Source: an uncultured bacterium (GTDB taxonomy: Bacteria; Krumholzibacteriota; Krumholzibacteriia; LZORAL124-64-63). From it: a stretch of 64,000 bases of DNA. The stretch lies in contig CAVSZB010000007.1 of the NCBI GenBank assembly GCA_963732385.1, forward strand, positions 1,120,001 to 1,184,000. The letters are read 5' to 3'. Positions within the stretch are counted from its first letter, which is position 1. Each line of letters opens with the position of its first letter. Under the pieces are notes generated by a model, which saw only the letters and a list, made by a program, of their open reading frames with translations, searched no databases and was not told the origin of the DNA. Shown in pieces: positions 30,409 to 40,359 of this stretch. The position numbers and the translations under genes were made by a program.

Positions 30409-32082
30409 TCAGGGCGTAACCGGCGCGTCCGGCAGCGGCTTCACCAGGAGCCGCCCGTCGTCGCCCGCCACGATCCGGCGATACCACTCGTCCGGATAGC
30501 GCGGATGCTGCGCCACGCCAAATTCGTCTTTCACGTTCCCGTCCATGTACTTCCAGAGCAGCGACTCGCCGAGCCGACGCCAGCGCGTCGTGACCAGATC
30601 GCCCTGCTCCACGCAGTAGCGCGTCAGGAAGTCGCGCGCCTCCTGCGGCGAGCGCTGGTGCAGCTCGAGCGCCTGCTGCTCGATTTCGGGCTGCCGGGCG
30701 AGGAACTGCCCCTCGAGTTCGCGCTGGACGAGCTGCACGTCCTTGATCATGTCGCTCCAGCGCGTGTAGGTCCAATTGGAGACAAAATTGAAGACGTAGA
30801 ATGCCGAGTCCCAGGTGAAGTGCTGCCAGTCGCCAGTACCAACCGCGAAGCTGTTCGGCACGGCGCGGATGCCGCAGTACATCGGCGTGTAGACGGTGCA
30901 GTAGGTATCGTCGAGGCCGAACCAGAGCACGCCGCCGATCGGATCGGGCAGCGCCCGCCGCATCTGCGCCACGAAGGAGAAGCCGGTCTGCTGCGTGGAG
31001 ACGGCACGCTCGTGCAGGTACTCCTGGTCATCGATCTTCCAGCTCATCGGCCGCCAGCGGTACGGCAGGGCGAACGGGCCCGCCCCCACGCCGCCGCTCA
31101 TCTCCATCGGCGTGCCCTCGAAATGGTCGCGCATCATCTGCATGACGTCGCGCACGCCGAGTTTGCGGTCGGGCCGGATCCACAGCGGCAGTTGCGGCGC
31201 GGTGACATCGCCCATCACGTAGTCGGACGGCAGGTTCAGCGACGGCGCGATCCGTGTGAAGCCGCACCAGACCCGCGCCTCGCACGCGCGCAGCGCCCCG
31301 AAATCGAGCGGCGCGTAACTGTCGGCGAAGCTGAATTCCTCGTCCCTGCCCGCGAACCACCCCTGCTCGCGGGCGAACGCGATGACATCGGGAGAGTAGA
31401 GACAGTTCTCCGGATCCTTGAGCGGGAAACGCCGGATGCGCGCCTGGTTGGCGTGACCCGACACATAGCCGTCGGGCACCCGCACGGCGACCCATACCGC
31501 CCCCTTGCTGCCGGGACCCCGCCCGACCATCTCCAGGATCCACGCTTCGTCGGGGTCGGCCACGGAGAACGATTCGCCGCTGCTGTGGTAGCCGTAGCGC
31601 GCCGTGAGCCCGGTCATCACGCCGATCGCCTCGCGCGCCGTGCGCGCGCGCTGCAGGGCGAGATACATGAGGCTGCCGTAGTCCACGACGCCGGTCGAAT
31701 CGCGCAGCCCCTCGCGCCCCCCGAAGGTGGTCTCGCCGATGGCGACCTGGTGCTCGTTGAGGTTGCCCACGACCGTGAACGTCTCGGCCACCTGCGCGAT
31801 CTCGCCCAGGTACCTGCCGGTGTCCCACTCGTGCACCGGCAGGGGCGCCCCTGCCTGGTGTCGACCGGCGGTCCAATGGTAGAGTTCGCCGTAGAGACTG
31901 TGCGAGTCCGCGCTGTAGGTGATGAAGGTAGAGCCGTCGGCAGAGGCACCTCTGGTCACCAGGAAGTTGGTGCAGGCGGCGGCGGGAACGGCGACCGCGA
32001 CGGTGACGACGCAGGCCAGCAGGGCGCGGCCGACCGGCGGTGCAGACCGCCCCTTCGACCTGAAGAAGGCGATTCGTGTCAT
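30409..32082 (-). CDS. Secreted C69 family dipeptidase
   Basis: Signal peptide then N-terminal nucleophile CTNFLVT; GETTFGG, ALQRARTAREAI, HANQARI, ERAVSTQQT. Confidence 0.9.
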   Translation of the reverse strand: MTRIAFFRSKGRSAPPVGRALLACVVTVAVAVPAAACTNFLVTRGASADGSTFITYSADSHSLYGELYHWTAGRHQAGAPLPVHEWDTGRYLGEIAQVAETFTVVGNLNEHQVAIGETTFGGREGLRDSTGVVDYGSLMYLALQRARTAREAIGVMTGLTARYGYHSSGESFSVADPDEAWILEMVGRGPGSKGAVWVAVRVPDGYVSGHANQARIRRFPLKDPENCLYSPDVIAFAREQGWFAGRDEEFSFADSYAPLDFGALRACEARVWCGFTRIAPSLNLPSDYVMGDVTAPQLPLWIRPDRKLGVRDVMQMMRDHFEGTPMEMSGGVGAGPFALPYRWRPMSWKIDDQEYLHERAVSTQQTGFSFVAQMRRALPDPIGGVLWFGLDDTYCTVYTPMYCGIRAVPNSFAVGTGDWQHFTWDSAFYVFNFVSNWTYTRWSDMIKDVQLVQRELEGQFLARQPEIEQQALELHQRSPQEARDFLTRYCVEQGDLVTTRWRRLGESLLWKYMDGNVKDEFGVAQHPRYPDEWYRRIVAGDDGRLLVKPLPDAPVTP

Positions 32083-32190
32083 AGGGTTGCGTTCGCTCCT
32101 GACGGGGTGGACGGACCGGGATACCGTCGCGCCACGATAGCAGATGGAGGGACGTTGTGCCAGCGGAAGGGGCGACGCGGGCCGGTGCCC

Positions 32191-33360
32191 CTATCCCGCC
32201 CGCAACGCCTCGCTCACCGTCCGCCGCGCCGCCGCGCGTGCGGGGAGGTACCCCCCGAGCAGTCCGAGCACGACCGAAGCCAGCAGTCCGGTCGCGAGGA
32301 TGCCGGGCGAGATCCGGAATTCGAAGGCCACCTCGCTGAACGACGACCAGTTCGTCGTACCGGTGGAGATCCCATGGATCGGCAGGGCGAGCAGACAGCC
32401 GAAAATGCCGCCGATCAGGCAGAGCAGCACTGACTCCATCAGGAAGCTGGCCAGGACGGCGCGCGGCGTGAATCCGAGGGCAAGCAGGGTGGCGATCTCG
32501 CGGGTGCGCGAGCCGACGGCGGCATACATGGTGTTCAAGGCGCCGAAGATGGCGCCGGCGGCCATGATCACGACCAGGAAGAGGCCGAGCGCGCGGATCA
32601 CGTCGGCCAGCCGGGCGCTCTGGGCGCGGTAGTAGTCGCGCTCGCGCTGCACCTCGACCTGGAGGCGCGGATCGGCTTCGAGCCGCGCCTCGAGCTCCGC
32701 GAAACGGGCCGGGTCAGCGAGGCGCAGCGTCACCGAGGAGAAACCGCGGCGGTCGAACACCGGCAGGAACGCTTCGCGGTCGCCCCAGATCTCGGAGTCG
32801 AAGCCGCTGCCGCCAGCGTCGAAACGGCCCACGACGCGCCAGTCACGCCCGCCCAGGCGCAGCATCTCGCCGACGCCACAGCCGGCGAAACGGGCGCCAA
32901 GCTTGCCGCCGACCAGCACCTCGTCGAGGCCGGGGCGGAACATCCGCCCCTCGGCCAGCCGAATTTCGGAGCGCAGGACAAGCACGCGCGGATCCACCCC
33001 GCGCACGGTGACGTTGGAGGATGCGGCCGGGTCGCCGCGGCGAGCCAGGTTGGCGAGCACCACCAGTTCGGCCAGCGCCAGCGGCTCGCCGTCGGGACCG
33101 CGCGCAACGCCGGGGTCGGCTTCGATCACCCGCGCGGCGCCGCGCGGGATCCCCGACATCATCTCGCTCGTGGCGCCACCCCGCAGGACGATCGCGTGCT
33201 CGGCGCGTCCGGTCGCCACGAGGGTGGCGCGGAAGCCGTGCGCCAGCGCCAGGGTGAGCACGAGCACCGCCACCACGAGGGCGATGCCGCCCGCCGTCAT
33301 CAGGGTCATGGCGCGGCGCACGACCAGATTGCGCAGGTTGTAGCGGATCGGCAGGCCCAT
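32191..33360 (-). CDS. MacB/FtsX-like ABC transporter permease
   Basis: RYNLRNL, NTMYAAVGSRTREIATLLALGF, PARAAAR. Confidence 0.9.
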   Translation of the reverse strand: MGLPIRYNLRNLVVRRAMTLMTAGGIALVVAVLVLTLALAHGFRATLVATGRAEHAIVLRGGATSEMMSGIPRGAARVIEADPGVARGPDGEPLALAELVVLANLARRGDPAASSNVTVRGVDPRVLVLRSEIRLAEGRMFRPGLDEVLVGGKLGARFAGCGVGEMLRLGGRDWRVVGRFDAGGSGFDSEIWGDREAFLPVFDRRGFSSVTLRLADPARFAELEARLEADPRLQVEVQRERDYYRAQSARLADVIRALGLFLVVIMAAGAIFGALNTMYAAVGSRTREIATLLALGFTPRAVLASFLMESVLLCLIGGIFGCLLALPIHGISTGTTNWSSFSEVAFEFRISPGILATGLLASVVLGLLGGYLPARAAARRTVSEALRAG

Positions 33361-33364
33361 GCGA

Positions 33365-34510
33365 TCACCCCGTATGGCGCAGCGCATCGACGATGCGCAG
33401 GCGCGAGGCGTTCCAGGCGGGCGCGGCGCCGCTGACCACGCCCAAAAAAAGCGCGATCCCGAGCGCCTGCAGCACCGTGCCGTCGGTCACGACGAAATTC
33501 GGAAAGAACCCGCCCGCCGTGAAGTCGGTCAGCGAGAACACCAGGCGGGCCAGGCCGGCGCCCAGCAGCCCGCCCACGAGCGTGATGAACAACGCCTCCG
33601 TCAGCACCAGCGCCACGACCGCGCGATCGGTGAAGCCGAGCGCCTTGAGGACGGCGATCTCGCGGGTGCGCTCGCGCGCGGCCATCATCATCGTGTTCAT
33701 CGAGACCAGGACGATGGCGATCACGATCGCCGTGCCGAGCGCATAGATCACCGCCTGGATGTTGCCGAGCATCGAGATGAAACCGAGCTGGAAGGCCTTC
33801 TCGGTCTCGGTCTTCGTCTCGGCCGCGCTGTTGGCGAAGGTGGCGTCGACAATCCGGGCCACCTCGCCGACACGGTCCGGATCGGCGAGCTTCAGCACGT
33901 AGGTGCCGACCTGCCCGAAGTCCCCCATCCGCTCGTTCAGGTACTCGCCGTTGAAGAGCAGCCAGGTCGTGTCGAGATCGGGCGTGGCCGGCCGCGCGAT
34001 GCCGCAGACCGTGAAGTCCCAGATCCCCGGGAAGATCGTGCCGCGCAGGGTGATCTGGTCGCCCTTCCGGAACCCGTATTTGCGCGCCAGCTTCTCCCCC
34101 ACGATGCAGGCGGTCCGTTCGCGCCGGAAGGTGTCCTTCTCCTCCGGGGCCAGGCGGTACTCCGGGTAGATGTCAAAGTAACGCCGGGGGTCGATCGCGA
34201 ACTGCGCGAAGAAGTTGCGCTGGTCGATATAGATCCCGCCGAACCAGGTGGCCCAGCTCACATCCTCCACGCCCGGAATCTGCGTGAGCCGGTCGCGGTA
34301 CGAGAGCGGCAGGAAGAACGTGAGCGAGGTGGAGCGGCGCGTGATCAGCCGCGCCGCCGAGGCCGACTCGAGCGAGGCGGCGAGCGAGGTCAGCACGGTG
34401 CGCAGCGTACAGAAGAGAAACAGCGAGACGACGATCGACAGGACCGTCAGCGTCGTGCGGCGCCGGTTGCGCAGCGTGTTGCGCAGCACCAGCGGCAGGA
34501 AGCGGGTCAC
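33365..34510 (-). CDS. MacB/FtsX-like ABC transporter permease
   Basis: LRNTLRNRRRT, NTMMMAARERTREIAVLKALGF. Confidence 0.9.
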   Translation of the reverse strand: MTRFLPLVLRNTLRNRRRTTLTVLSIVVSLFLFCTLRTVLTSLAASLESASAARLITRRSTSLTFFLPLSYRDRLTQIPGVEDVSWATWFGGIYIDQRNFFAQFAIDPRRYFDIYPEYRLAPEEKDTFRRERTACIVGEKLARKYGFRKGDQITLRGTIFPGIWDFTVCGIARPATPDLDTTWLLFNGEYLNERMGDFGQVGTYVLKLADPDRVGEVARIVDATFANSAAETKTETEKAFQLGFISMLGNIQAVIYALGTAIVIAIVLVSMNTMMMAARERTREIAVLKALGFTDRAVVALVLTEALFITLVGGLLGAGLARLVFSLTDFTAGGFFPNFVVTDGTVLQALGIALFLGVVSGAAPAWNASRLRIVDALRHTG

Positions 34511-35220
34511 GACCGCTCCTGGCGGCTCGCCTCCACCAGGACCCCCTTGTCCAGGTGCAGGATACGGTCGGCGCGCGCGGCGGCGCGCGGATCGTGCGTC
34601 ACCATGACGACCGTCTTGCCGAACTCGCGGTTGAGGCGCTGCAGCAGGTCGAGCACCTCGGCGGCGCTGACGGCGTCGAGGTCTCCGGTCGGCTCGTCCG
34701 CCACGAGCAGCGACGGGTCGCTGACGATCGCCCTGGCGATGGCCACCCGCTGTTCCTGGCCGCCGGAGAGCTGCCGCGGATAGTGGTCGTCGCGCTCGCG
34801 CAGACCGACCACCGCCAGCGCCGCCAGCACGTGCTCGCGCCGCGCGCGTCGCCCCAGTTCGGTCAGCAGCAGCGGCAGCTCCACGTTCTGGTACGCCGTC
34901 AGGACCGGGATCAGGTTGTACGATTGGAAGATGAAGCCGATGTGACGCGCCCGGAAGCGGGCCAGCGCCCCGGCGTCGAGGGCGCCCAGATCGTGGCCCG
35001 CCACGCTCACGCGACCGGCCGTGGGCGCGTCGATGCCGCTGACCAGGTTGAGGATGGTCGACTTGCCCGAGCCGGACGGTCCCATCAGGGCGAGGTACTC
35101 CCCCGCGGCGACGTCGAGGTCGAGCGCCTCGAGCACCGGCACGACTATCTTGTCCCGATGGTACGTCTTGGTCACGCCGCGCAGGGTGATGAGGGGCCCG
35201 ACGGCGGCGACGGCAGTCAT
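34507..35220 (-). CDS. ABC transporter ATP-binding protein (LolD/MacB-like)
   Basis: GPSGSGKS, LSGGQEQRV, ADEPTGDLD, VTHD. Confidence 0.95.
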   Translation of the reverse strand: MTAVAAVGPLITLRGVTKTYHRDKIVVPVLEALDLDVAAGEYLALMGPSGSGKSTILNLVSGIDAPTAGRVSVAGHDLGALDAGALARFRARHIGFIFQSYNLIPVLTAYQNVELPLLLTELGRRARREHVLAALAVVGLRERDDHYPRQLSGGQEQRVAIARAIVSDPSLLVADEPTGDLDAVSAAEVLDLLQRLNREFGKTVVMVTHDPRAAARADRILHLDKGVLVEASRQERS

Positions 35221-35233
35221 GCGCGGCCTCCCC

Positions 35234-36466
35234 TTAGAGCGCCACGCGCACGCGCTGCCCGGCGCGCGGGCGCGGCGCGCCGCTCGTCACCACCTGATCC
35301 CCCTCGACGAGGCCGGTCAGGATCTCCACCTCGTCCCCTGTCCGCGCGCCGAGCGTCAGGACGGCCGGCGCCAGCCTGCCGTCGCGCACGACCCAGGCGC
35401 GCGCCTGCCCGTCCGTCGTCCGCACCGCCGCGGCCGGAACCCGCAGCACCTTCGGCACGGTGACGATCCGCGCCGTCGGTCGCGACTTCAGGAAGGTCAC
35501 CTTCGCGCCGAGGTCGGGCCGGATGCGCGGGTCGGCGAGCAGGAAACGGACCCGCACCGGGATCGTGGCCTTGTCGCGATCGGCCGAGGGGAAGATGGCG
35601 CGCACTTCCGCGGGGAAGTGCACTTCGGGGTGCGCGTCGAGCACGACGTCGCACGGCATGCCGGGCGACAGGCGGGCGATGTAGCTCTCGTTCACATCCA
35701 CGCCGACTTCGAGGGTCCGCAGGTCGGCGATGGTGACGACCGCGCCGGCGCGGGCCGTGTTGCTGGTCATGATCGGCCCGACGATCTCGCCGACCTCGGC
35801 ATCCTTGCGCAGGACAGCGCCGGCGAACGGGGCGGTCACGCGGGTCTTCTCCAGTTCGAGCCGCGCAGTCTCGAGCGCGGCGCGCGACACGGCCACCTGG
35901 GCCCGCGCCGCGCTGACCCCGGCCGCCGCGCTGACGGCGGCGGTGCCGGCCGCCTCGTCCTCCTCCCGGCCGATGGCGCCGGCAGCGCGCAGCTCGGCGC
36001 GCCGCGCAGCCCGTCGCTGCGCTTCGGCCCCGGCCGCCTCGGCCTGCGCCTGGCGCGCGCGCGACAGCGCCAGATCGGCCTCGGCGCGCGCCACGGCGGC
36101 GCGCTGATCCTCGTCGAGCAGCCGCGCCACGACCTGACCCGCAGCGACTGTGTCCCCCTCCTCGACGAAAACCTCGGCCAGCCGGCCGGTGGTCCGCGCC
36201 GCCACCGACGCCTGGTGCCGCGCCTCGACGTAGCCGTTGGCGGTCAGCACCGAGCCACCCTGCTCCACCGGCCCGCCCCCCCCGGCGTGCGCAGTCGCCA
36301 CGCGCACGGTGACCGGACGGTTCAGGAAGCCGGCCAGCAGACCGGCAAAGACCAGTCCGGCCAGCACCCACGGCCAGCGCGGCCGGCGACGCGGCGGACG
36401 GCGTTCCTCGTCGCTGATGCGCAGGCGGCCCAGGTCGGCCGGGGGCCCGCTGCCGCCATCGCTCAC
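35234..36466 (-). CDS. Efflux periplasmic adaptor (MacA/HlyD family)
   Basis: N-terminal TM, lipoyl-like halves (VEEGDTV, APFAG) flanking a coiled hairpin, GLVEGDQVV. Confidence 0.9.
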   Translation of the reverse strand: MSDGGSGPPADLGRLRISDEERRPPRRRPRWPWVLAGLVFAGLLAGFLNRPVTVRVATAHAGGGGPVEQGGSVLTANGYVEARHQASVAARTTGRLAEVFVEEGDTVAAGQVVARLLDEDQRAAVARAEADLALSRARQAQAEAAGAEAQRRAARRAELRAAGAIGREEDEAAGTAAVSAAAGVSAARAQVAVSRAALETARLELEKTRVTAPFAGAVLRKDAEVGEIVGPIMTSNTARAGAVVTIADLRTLEVGVDVNESYIARLSPGMPCDVVLDAHPEVHFPAEVRAIFPSADRDKATIPVRVRFLLADPRIRPDLGAKVTFLKSRPTARIVTVPKVLRVPAAAVRTTDGQARAWVVRDGRLAPAVLTLGARTGDEVEILTGLVEGDQVVTSGAPRPRAGQRVRVAL

Positions 36467-38160
36467 GGGCGCTCACCGCCCCCGGGCGCCCGATTGCGGC
36501 GCCACGCCTCGCGGATCAGGAACAGGGTCAGCGCGATCAGTCCGAGCATCATCACGCGGGCGCCCCACAGGTACGGCATCTGGTTCCGTTCGACGCCGCG
36601 CATCAGCAGGTTGGGCACCGCGTCCTGGATGGTCCAGACCACGAGGATGCCGAGCATGTAGAGCGGCGTGACGTACTTGATCACGAAGCGGAACAGGCGC
36701 GGCACCCGCAGGTCGGCCCCCTTGTGCATCTCCTCCCAGCCGCGGTCCACCCCGAAGATCCAGGAGAAGACCGTGATCTCGATCACCGCGAACAGCACCA
36801 GGCCGAGCGTGCCGGCCCAGAAGTCCATCTCGTCGAGGAACCCGTGCCGGAAGAACGCGACCACGAACACGGCGCAGCAGACGAGCAAGCCGAACACCGC
36901 GTTGACCGCCTTGCGGCGCGACCAGTGGAACTCGTCCTCCACGAAGGCCACCGCGGGCGACACCAGCGCCACCGACGAGGTGATGCCGGCGATGAACAGC
37001 AGCAGGAACCACATCGCGCCCAGGATCTGCCCGAGCGGCAGCTGCTGGAAGATGACCGGCAGCGCCTGGAAACCGAGGTTGAACGCCCCCTCCCGCGCGA
37101 TGAGCTGCGTCTCGGCCAGGCCGAAGAACGCCACCGCCGCGGGGATGGCGATCGTCCCGCCGAGGATCACCTCGGAGAACTCGTTCGTGAGCGAGGTGGA
37201 GAGGCCGTTGAGCGTGACGTCGTCCTTCTCGCGCACGTAGGAGGCGTAGGTGTTGATCATCCCCTGCCCGAGACTGAGGGTGAAGAAGATCTGCCCCGCC
37301 GCCACGAGCCAGACCGACGCCCGGCCGAGCTGGCTGAAGTCGGGATTCCAGATGAAGGCGAGTCCGTTGGCCACGTTCCAGTCGGGATGCGCCGGGTCGG
37401 GGGCGCCGAGCGTCATGACCCGCACCGCGAGCAGGATGCCGAAGACCAACAGCACCGGCATGCCGACCTTCGCCAGGAGTTCGACCCCCTTCGCGATGCC
37501 GCGCACCAGGAAGAGGTAGTTGAGACTGACCGTGATCACCAGGAAGATGCAGGCCGGCACGATCGAGTTGAAGAACTGGTTGACCTCGATCCCCTGGTAG
37601 CCGTGCAGGAAATGTCCCATCGCCTCGCGCGAGGCGAGGCCGAAGTAGGAGCCGGTGCCGGAGAAGAAGGCGAAGCCGAGCGTCCACGATTCGATGAAGC
37701 AGTAGTAGATGGCGATCGTGAACGGCAGGAAGATGCCGAAGGCGCCCAGGTATTTCGCCACCGGGTGCTTCCACATGAGATGGAACTGGCCCGGCGTGGA
37801 GCCGTGGCCGCGCGCGCCGCCGTAGCGACCGATCGTCCACTCGACCCACATCAGCGGCACGCCCAGCAGCAGCAGGGCGATGAAATAGGGGATCATGAAG
37901 GCGCCGCCGCCGTTGGCGGCCGCCTTCGCCGGGAAGCGCAGGAAGTTGCCCAGACCGATCGCGTTGCCGGCCATCGCCAGGATCAGGCCGATGCGCGACG
38001 CCCACTCCGCGCGACCGGCCCCCGGCACCACCGGCCCGGACCGCGCCCGCGCCCGCTGCAGTCGCAGCACGCGCGCGAAACAGAACACGGTCAGGCCGAT
38101 GATCCCGCCCCAGGCCACCGCGATCGCCAGGCCACCCCAGACGGTCATCCCCGGATTCAT
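36463..38160 (-). CDS. NSS family Na+-dependent amino-acid transporter (LeuT-like) with an extra N-terminal TM segment
   Basis: WASRIGLILAMAGNAIGLGNFLRFP, GGGAFMIPY, GQIFFTLSLG, AGITSS, DEMDFWAGT closely follow recalled LeuT motifs. Confidence 0.93.
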   Translation of the reverse strand: MNPGMTVWGGLAIAVAWGGIIGLTVFCFARVLRLQRARARSGPVVPGAGRAEWASRIGLILAMAGNAIGLGNFLRFPAKAAANGGGAFMIPYFIALLLLGVPLMWVEWTIGRYGGARGHGSTPGQFHLMWKHPVAKYLGAFGIFLPFTIAIYYCFIESWTLGFAFFSGTGSYFGLASREAMGHFLHGYQGIEVNQFFNSIVPACIFLVITVSLNYLFLVRGIAKGVELLAKVGMPVLLVFGILLAVRVMTLGAPDPAHPDWNVANGLAFIWNPDFSQLGRASVWLVAAGQIFFTLSLGQGMINTYASYVREKDDVTLNGLSTSLTNEFSEVILGGTIAIPAAVAFFGLAETQLIAREGAFNLGFQALPVIFQQLPLGQILGAMWFLLLFIAGITSSVALVSPAVAFVEDEFHWSRRKAVNAVFGLLVCCAVFVVAFFRHGFLDEMDFWAGTLGLVLFAVIEITVFSWIFGVDRGWEEMHKGADLRVPRLFRFVIKYVTPLYMLGILVVWTIQDAVPNLLMRGVERNQMPYLWGARVMMLGLIALTLFLIREAWRRNRAPGGGERP

Positions 38161-38609
38161 CCGCGCCTCCTCGGCCAGAGCGTCCGCGGGCGGGCCGATC
38201 GGTCCGCCCGTGCCGCGCGCATTTTAAGGAGGAGGCAAACGCAAGTCAATCGGGGGGTTGACGTTTCACGCCGCAGAGGAGGCGACGGAAACGCGAGACC
38301 CCGCGCCATTCCTTTGATTTTTCGTATGCAACCGGGGGCACGCTATTCATCTGAATCGCGGCCCGGGCTCCGCTGCGGGTTGCCGTTCGGGTCCGGGTTC
38401 AAGCCACGGCAGGAAGGTGATTGTCAGTATCCCGTCGTTCGTGAACGAGGCGCCAATTCCCCGCCGTGGGGGGGAATTCCGGCTTGCCTTGCCTGCGCGT
38501 GCGGGCTAGGTTTGCAGTGGCGCCGCGCTTGATGGGGAACCTGTGGCGCCGCAAGCGCTTGCCGCCGCTCGCAGTCGGTCGCGAGGCCCCAGCGGGAGGG
38601 ACGAAGCCG

Positions 38610-39146
38610 ATGGCAGAGTCAACCACGCCGAGCCGTTACCGGATGGTGAACGTCACGCCGGGCCATGTCGTCCTCGAGCACGACCTGATGAGCCGGGACG
38701 TGCGCTCCTACTTTTCCGCGGAGCAGGTCGCGCCCATCGAGGAGTACCGCGAGGGGGAGCACATCTGGCACTTCGCCGGCACGGCGCAGTCTTTCCAGTT
38801 CGACCTGCTCGACCACGAGACCGGCCAGGTGATCCCGTGCCGCGAGCTGCTCGGGCTGATGTACTACGGCTGCGCGAAACCGGACAGTCCACTGCGGCGG
38901 ATCGGCGAGGTGGCGCACGACAACGGCGTGTCGGTCTACGTGGCGATCGCCTACGAGAATCCTGACGGCAGCGTCCGTGCGCTCGAACCCGCGAAGGTGC
39001 GCGCGCTGAATATCCACTTCAACGAGCGGCTGCGCACGCCGGGCAAGAAGATCCTGATCCTTCCCGATGTCTTCGACCTCTACAAAACGATGTCCTATGG
39101 CGAAATCATGATCGACTTCGGACTGACGTCGCTCGAGTCCGAGTGA
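38610..39146 (+). CDS. Hypothetical cytoplasmic protein; first gene of the redox/sensory operon
   Basis: GGGAGGG RBS, genome-typical codon usage, 178 aa; no motif recognised. Confidence 0.75.
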   Translation: MAESTTPSRYRMVNVTPGHVVLEHDLMSRDVRSYFSAEQVAPIEEYREGEHIWHFAGTAQSFQFDLLDHETGQVIPCRELLGLMYYGCAKPDSPLRRIGEVAHDNGVSVYVAIAYENPDGSVRALEPAKVRALNIHFNERLRTPGKKILILPDVFDLYKTMSYGEIMIDFGLTSLESE

Positions 39147-39178
39147 CGCCGACGGGCCACGGCCAAGGAGACCGGAGC

Positions 39179-39508
39179 ATGAAGCTGAGCGAGCTCGCGG
39201 GCAAACTGGATCTGAAAGGCGTCACGGAGATCTTCGACAAGGAGATCACCGGCGTCTACATGTCGGACATGGTGAGCGACGTGATCGCCAACGCCCAGGC
39301 CGGCAACCTGCTCGTCACCCTGCAGGTGCACAGCAACGTCATCGCCGCCGCGAACCTCGTGGATCTCGCCGGCATCGTCGTCACGCAGGGCAAACGCCCC
39401 CCCGAAGACGTCGTCAAGATGGCGGAGAAGGCGAAGATCAGCCTCTTCACGACCGATCTGAACCGCTGGCAGGTCGCCACCAAGCTCTACGAGGCCGGCG
39501 TCCGCTGA
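39179..39508 (+). CDS. DRTGG-domain protein
   Basis: YMSDMVSDVI, LLVT, AAANLVDLAGIVV; typical of hydrogenase-associated clusters. Confidence 0.85.
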   Translation: MKLSELAGKLDLKGVTEIFDKEITGVYMSDMVSDVIANAQAGNLLVTLQVHSNVIAAANLVDLAGIVVTQGKRPPEDVVKMAEKAKISLFTTDLNRWQVATKLYEAGVR

Positions 39509-39547
39509 CCCGGCTGTCCGCGCCCCCGGCGGGCGCAAAGAGGACTC

Positions 39548-39901
39548 ATGCACCTGCGGGACGTGATGGACCTGCTGGGCGGCGAGGCGGCCTGGGGCCT
39601 CGAGCTCCTGGACAGCGTGCCGGTGGTCGCCTGCTTCGCGGCCGATCTGATGAGCGATGTCCTCGCCTTCGCCGCCCCCGGCGCGCTGCTGCTGACCGGG
39701 CTGGTCAGCATCCAGGCCGCGCACGCAGCCGACATGGCCGACCTGGCCGGCATCGTCTTCGTGGCCGGCAAGCGCCCCGCCCCCCCCGTCCTGGCGCTGG
39801 CGCGCGAGAACGGCACGCCGCTGCTGGTCACCCCGCTCTCCCTCTACGAGGCGAGCGGCCGCCTGCTCGCGGCCGGGCTGCCGGCGGGGGTGCGGTCATG
39901 A
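39548..39901 (+). CDS. DRTGG-domain protein
   Basis: AADLMSDVLA, LLLTGL, IVFVAGKRP, LYEASGRL. Confidence 0.85.
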   Translation: MHLRDVMDLLGGEAAWGLELLDSVPVVACFAADLMSDVLAFAAPGALLLTGLVSIQAAHAADMADLAGIVFVAGKRPAPPVLALARENGTPLLVTPLSLYEASGRLLAAGLPAGVRS

Positions 39902-40341
39902 CCGAGGAGACTCCCGAAATCCTCTACAGCGAGCGCTGGACCATCCGCGGCGACGATTTCGACCACGGCGGCGAGGTGGCGGCGGCGGTGAAGGCGATCC
40001 TGCGGCAGTTCGGGCTGCCCAACGACGCGATCCGGCGCCTTTCGATCGCCAATTTCGAGGCGGAGATGAACGTCATCATGTACGCGGACGAGGCCGAACT
40101 CCTGCTCGAGGTGCTGCCCGACCTCGCCCGGATCACCCTGGCGGACCGCGGCCGCGGCATTCCCGACCTGGAGCTGGCCATGCAGGAGGGGTGGTCCACG
40201 GCGACCCCCGCGATGCGCCAGCGCGGCTTCGGCGCCGGCCTCGGACTGCCCAACATCCGGAAGAACAGCGACGAGTTCGCGATCGAATCGACCGTCGGCG
40301 CGGGGACGACCCTGCGCTACGCGGTGCGCTTCGCGAGCTGA
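39898..40341 (+). CDS. RsbT/RsbW-like Ser/Thr kinase (HATPase_c)
   Basis: FEAEMNVIMYA, DRGRGIPD, AMQEGWSTA, GFGAGLGLPN, GTT. Confidence 0.88.
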   Translation: MTEETPEILYSERWTIRGDDFDHGGEVAAAVKAILRQFGLPNDAIRRLSIANFEAEMNVIMYADEAELLLEVLPDLARITLADRGRGIPDLELAMQEGWSTATPAMRQRGFGAGLGLPNIRKNSDEFAIESTVGAGTTLRYAVRFAS

Positions 40342-40359
40342 GACCGGGCGGGAGCGGCA

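Noticed and set aside
38360..38415. tRNA-like T-loop GGTTCAAGC
   Set aside because: The T-stem is mismatched and no acceptor, D or anticodon arms can be drawn.
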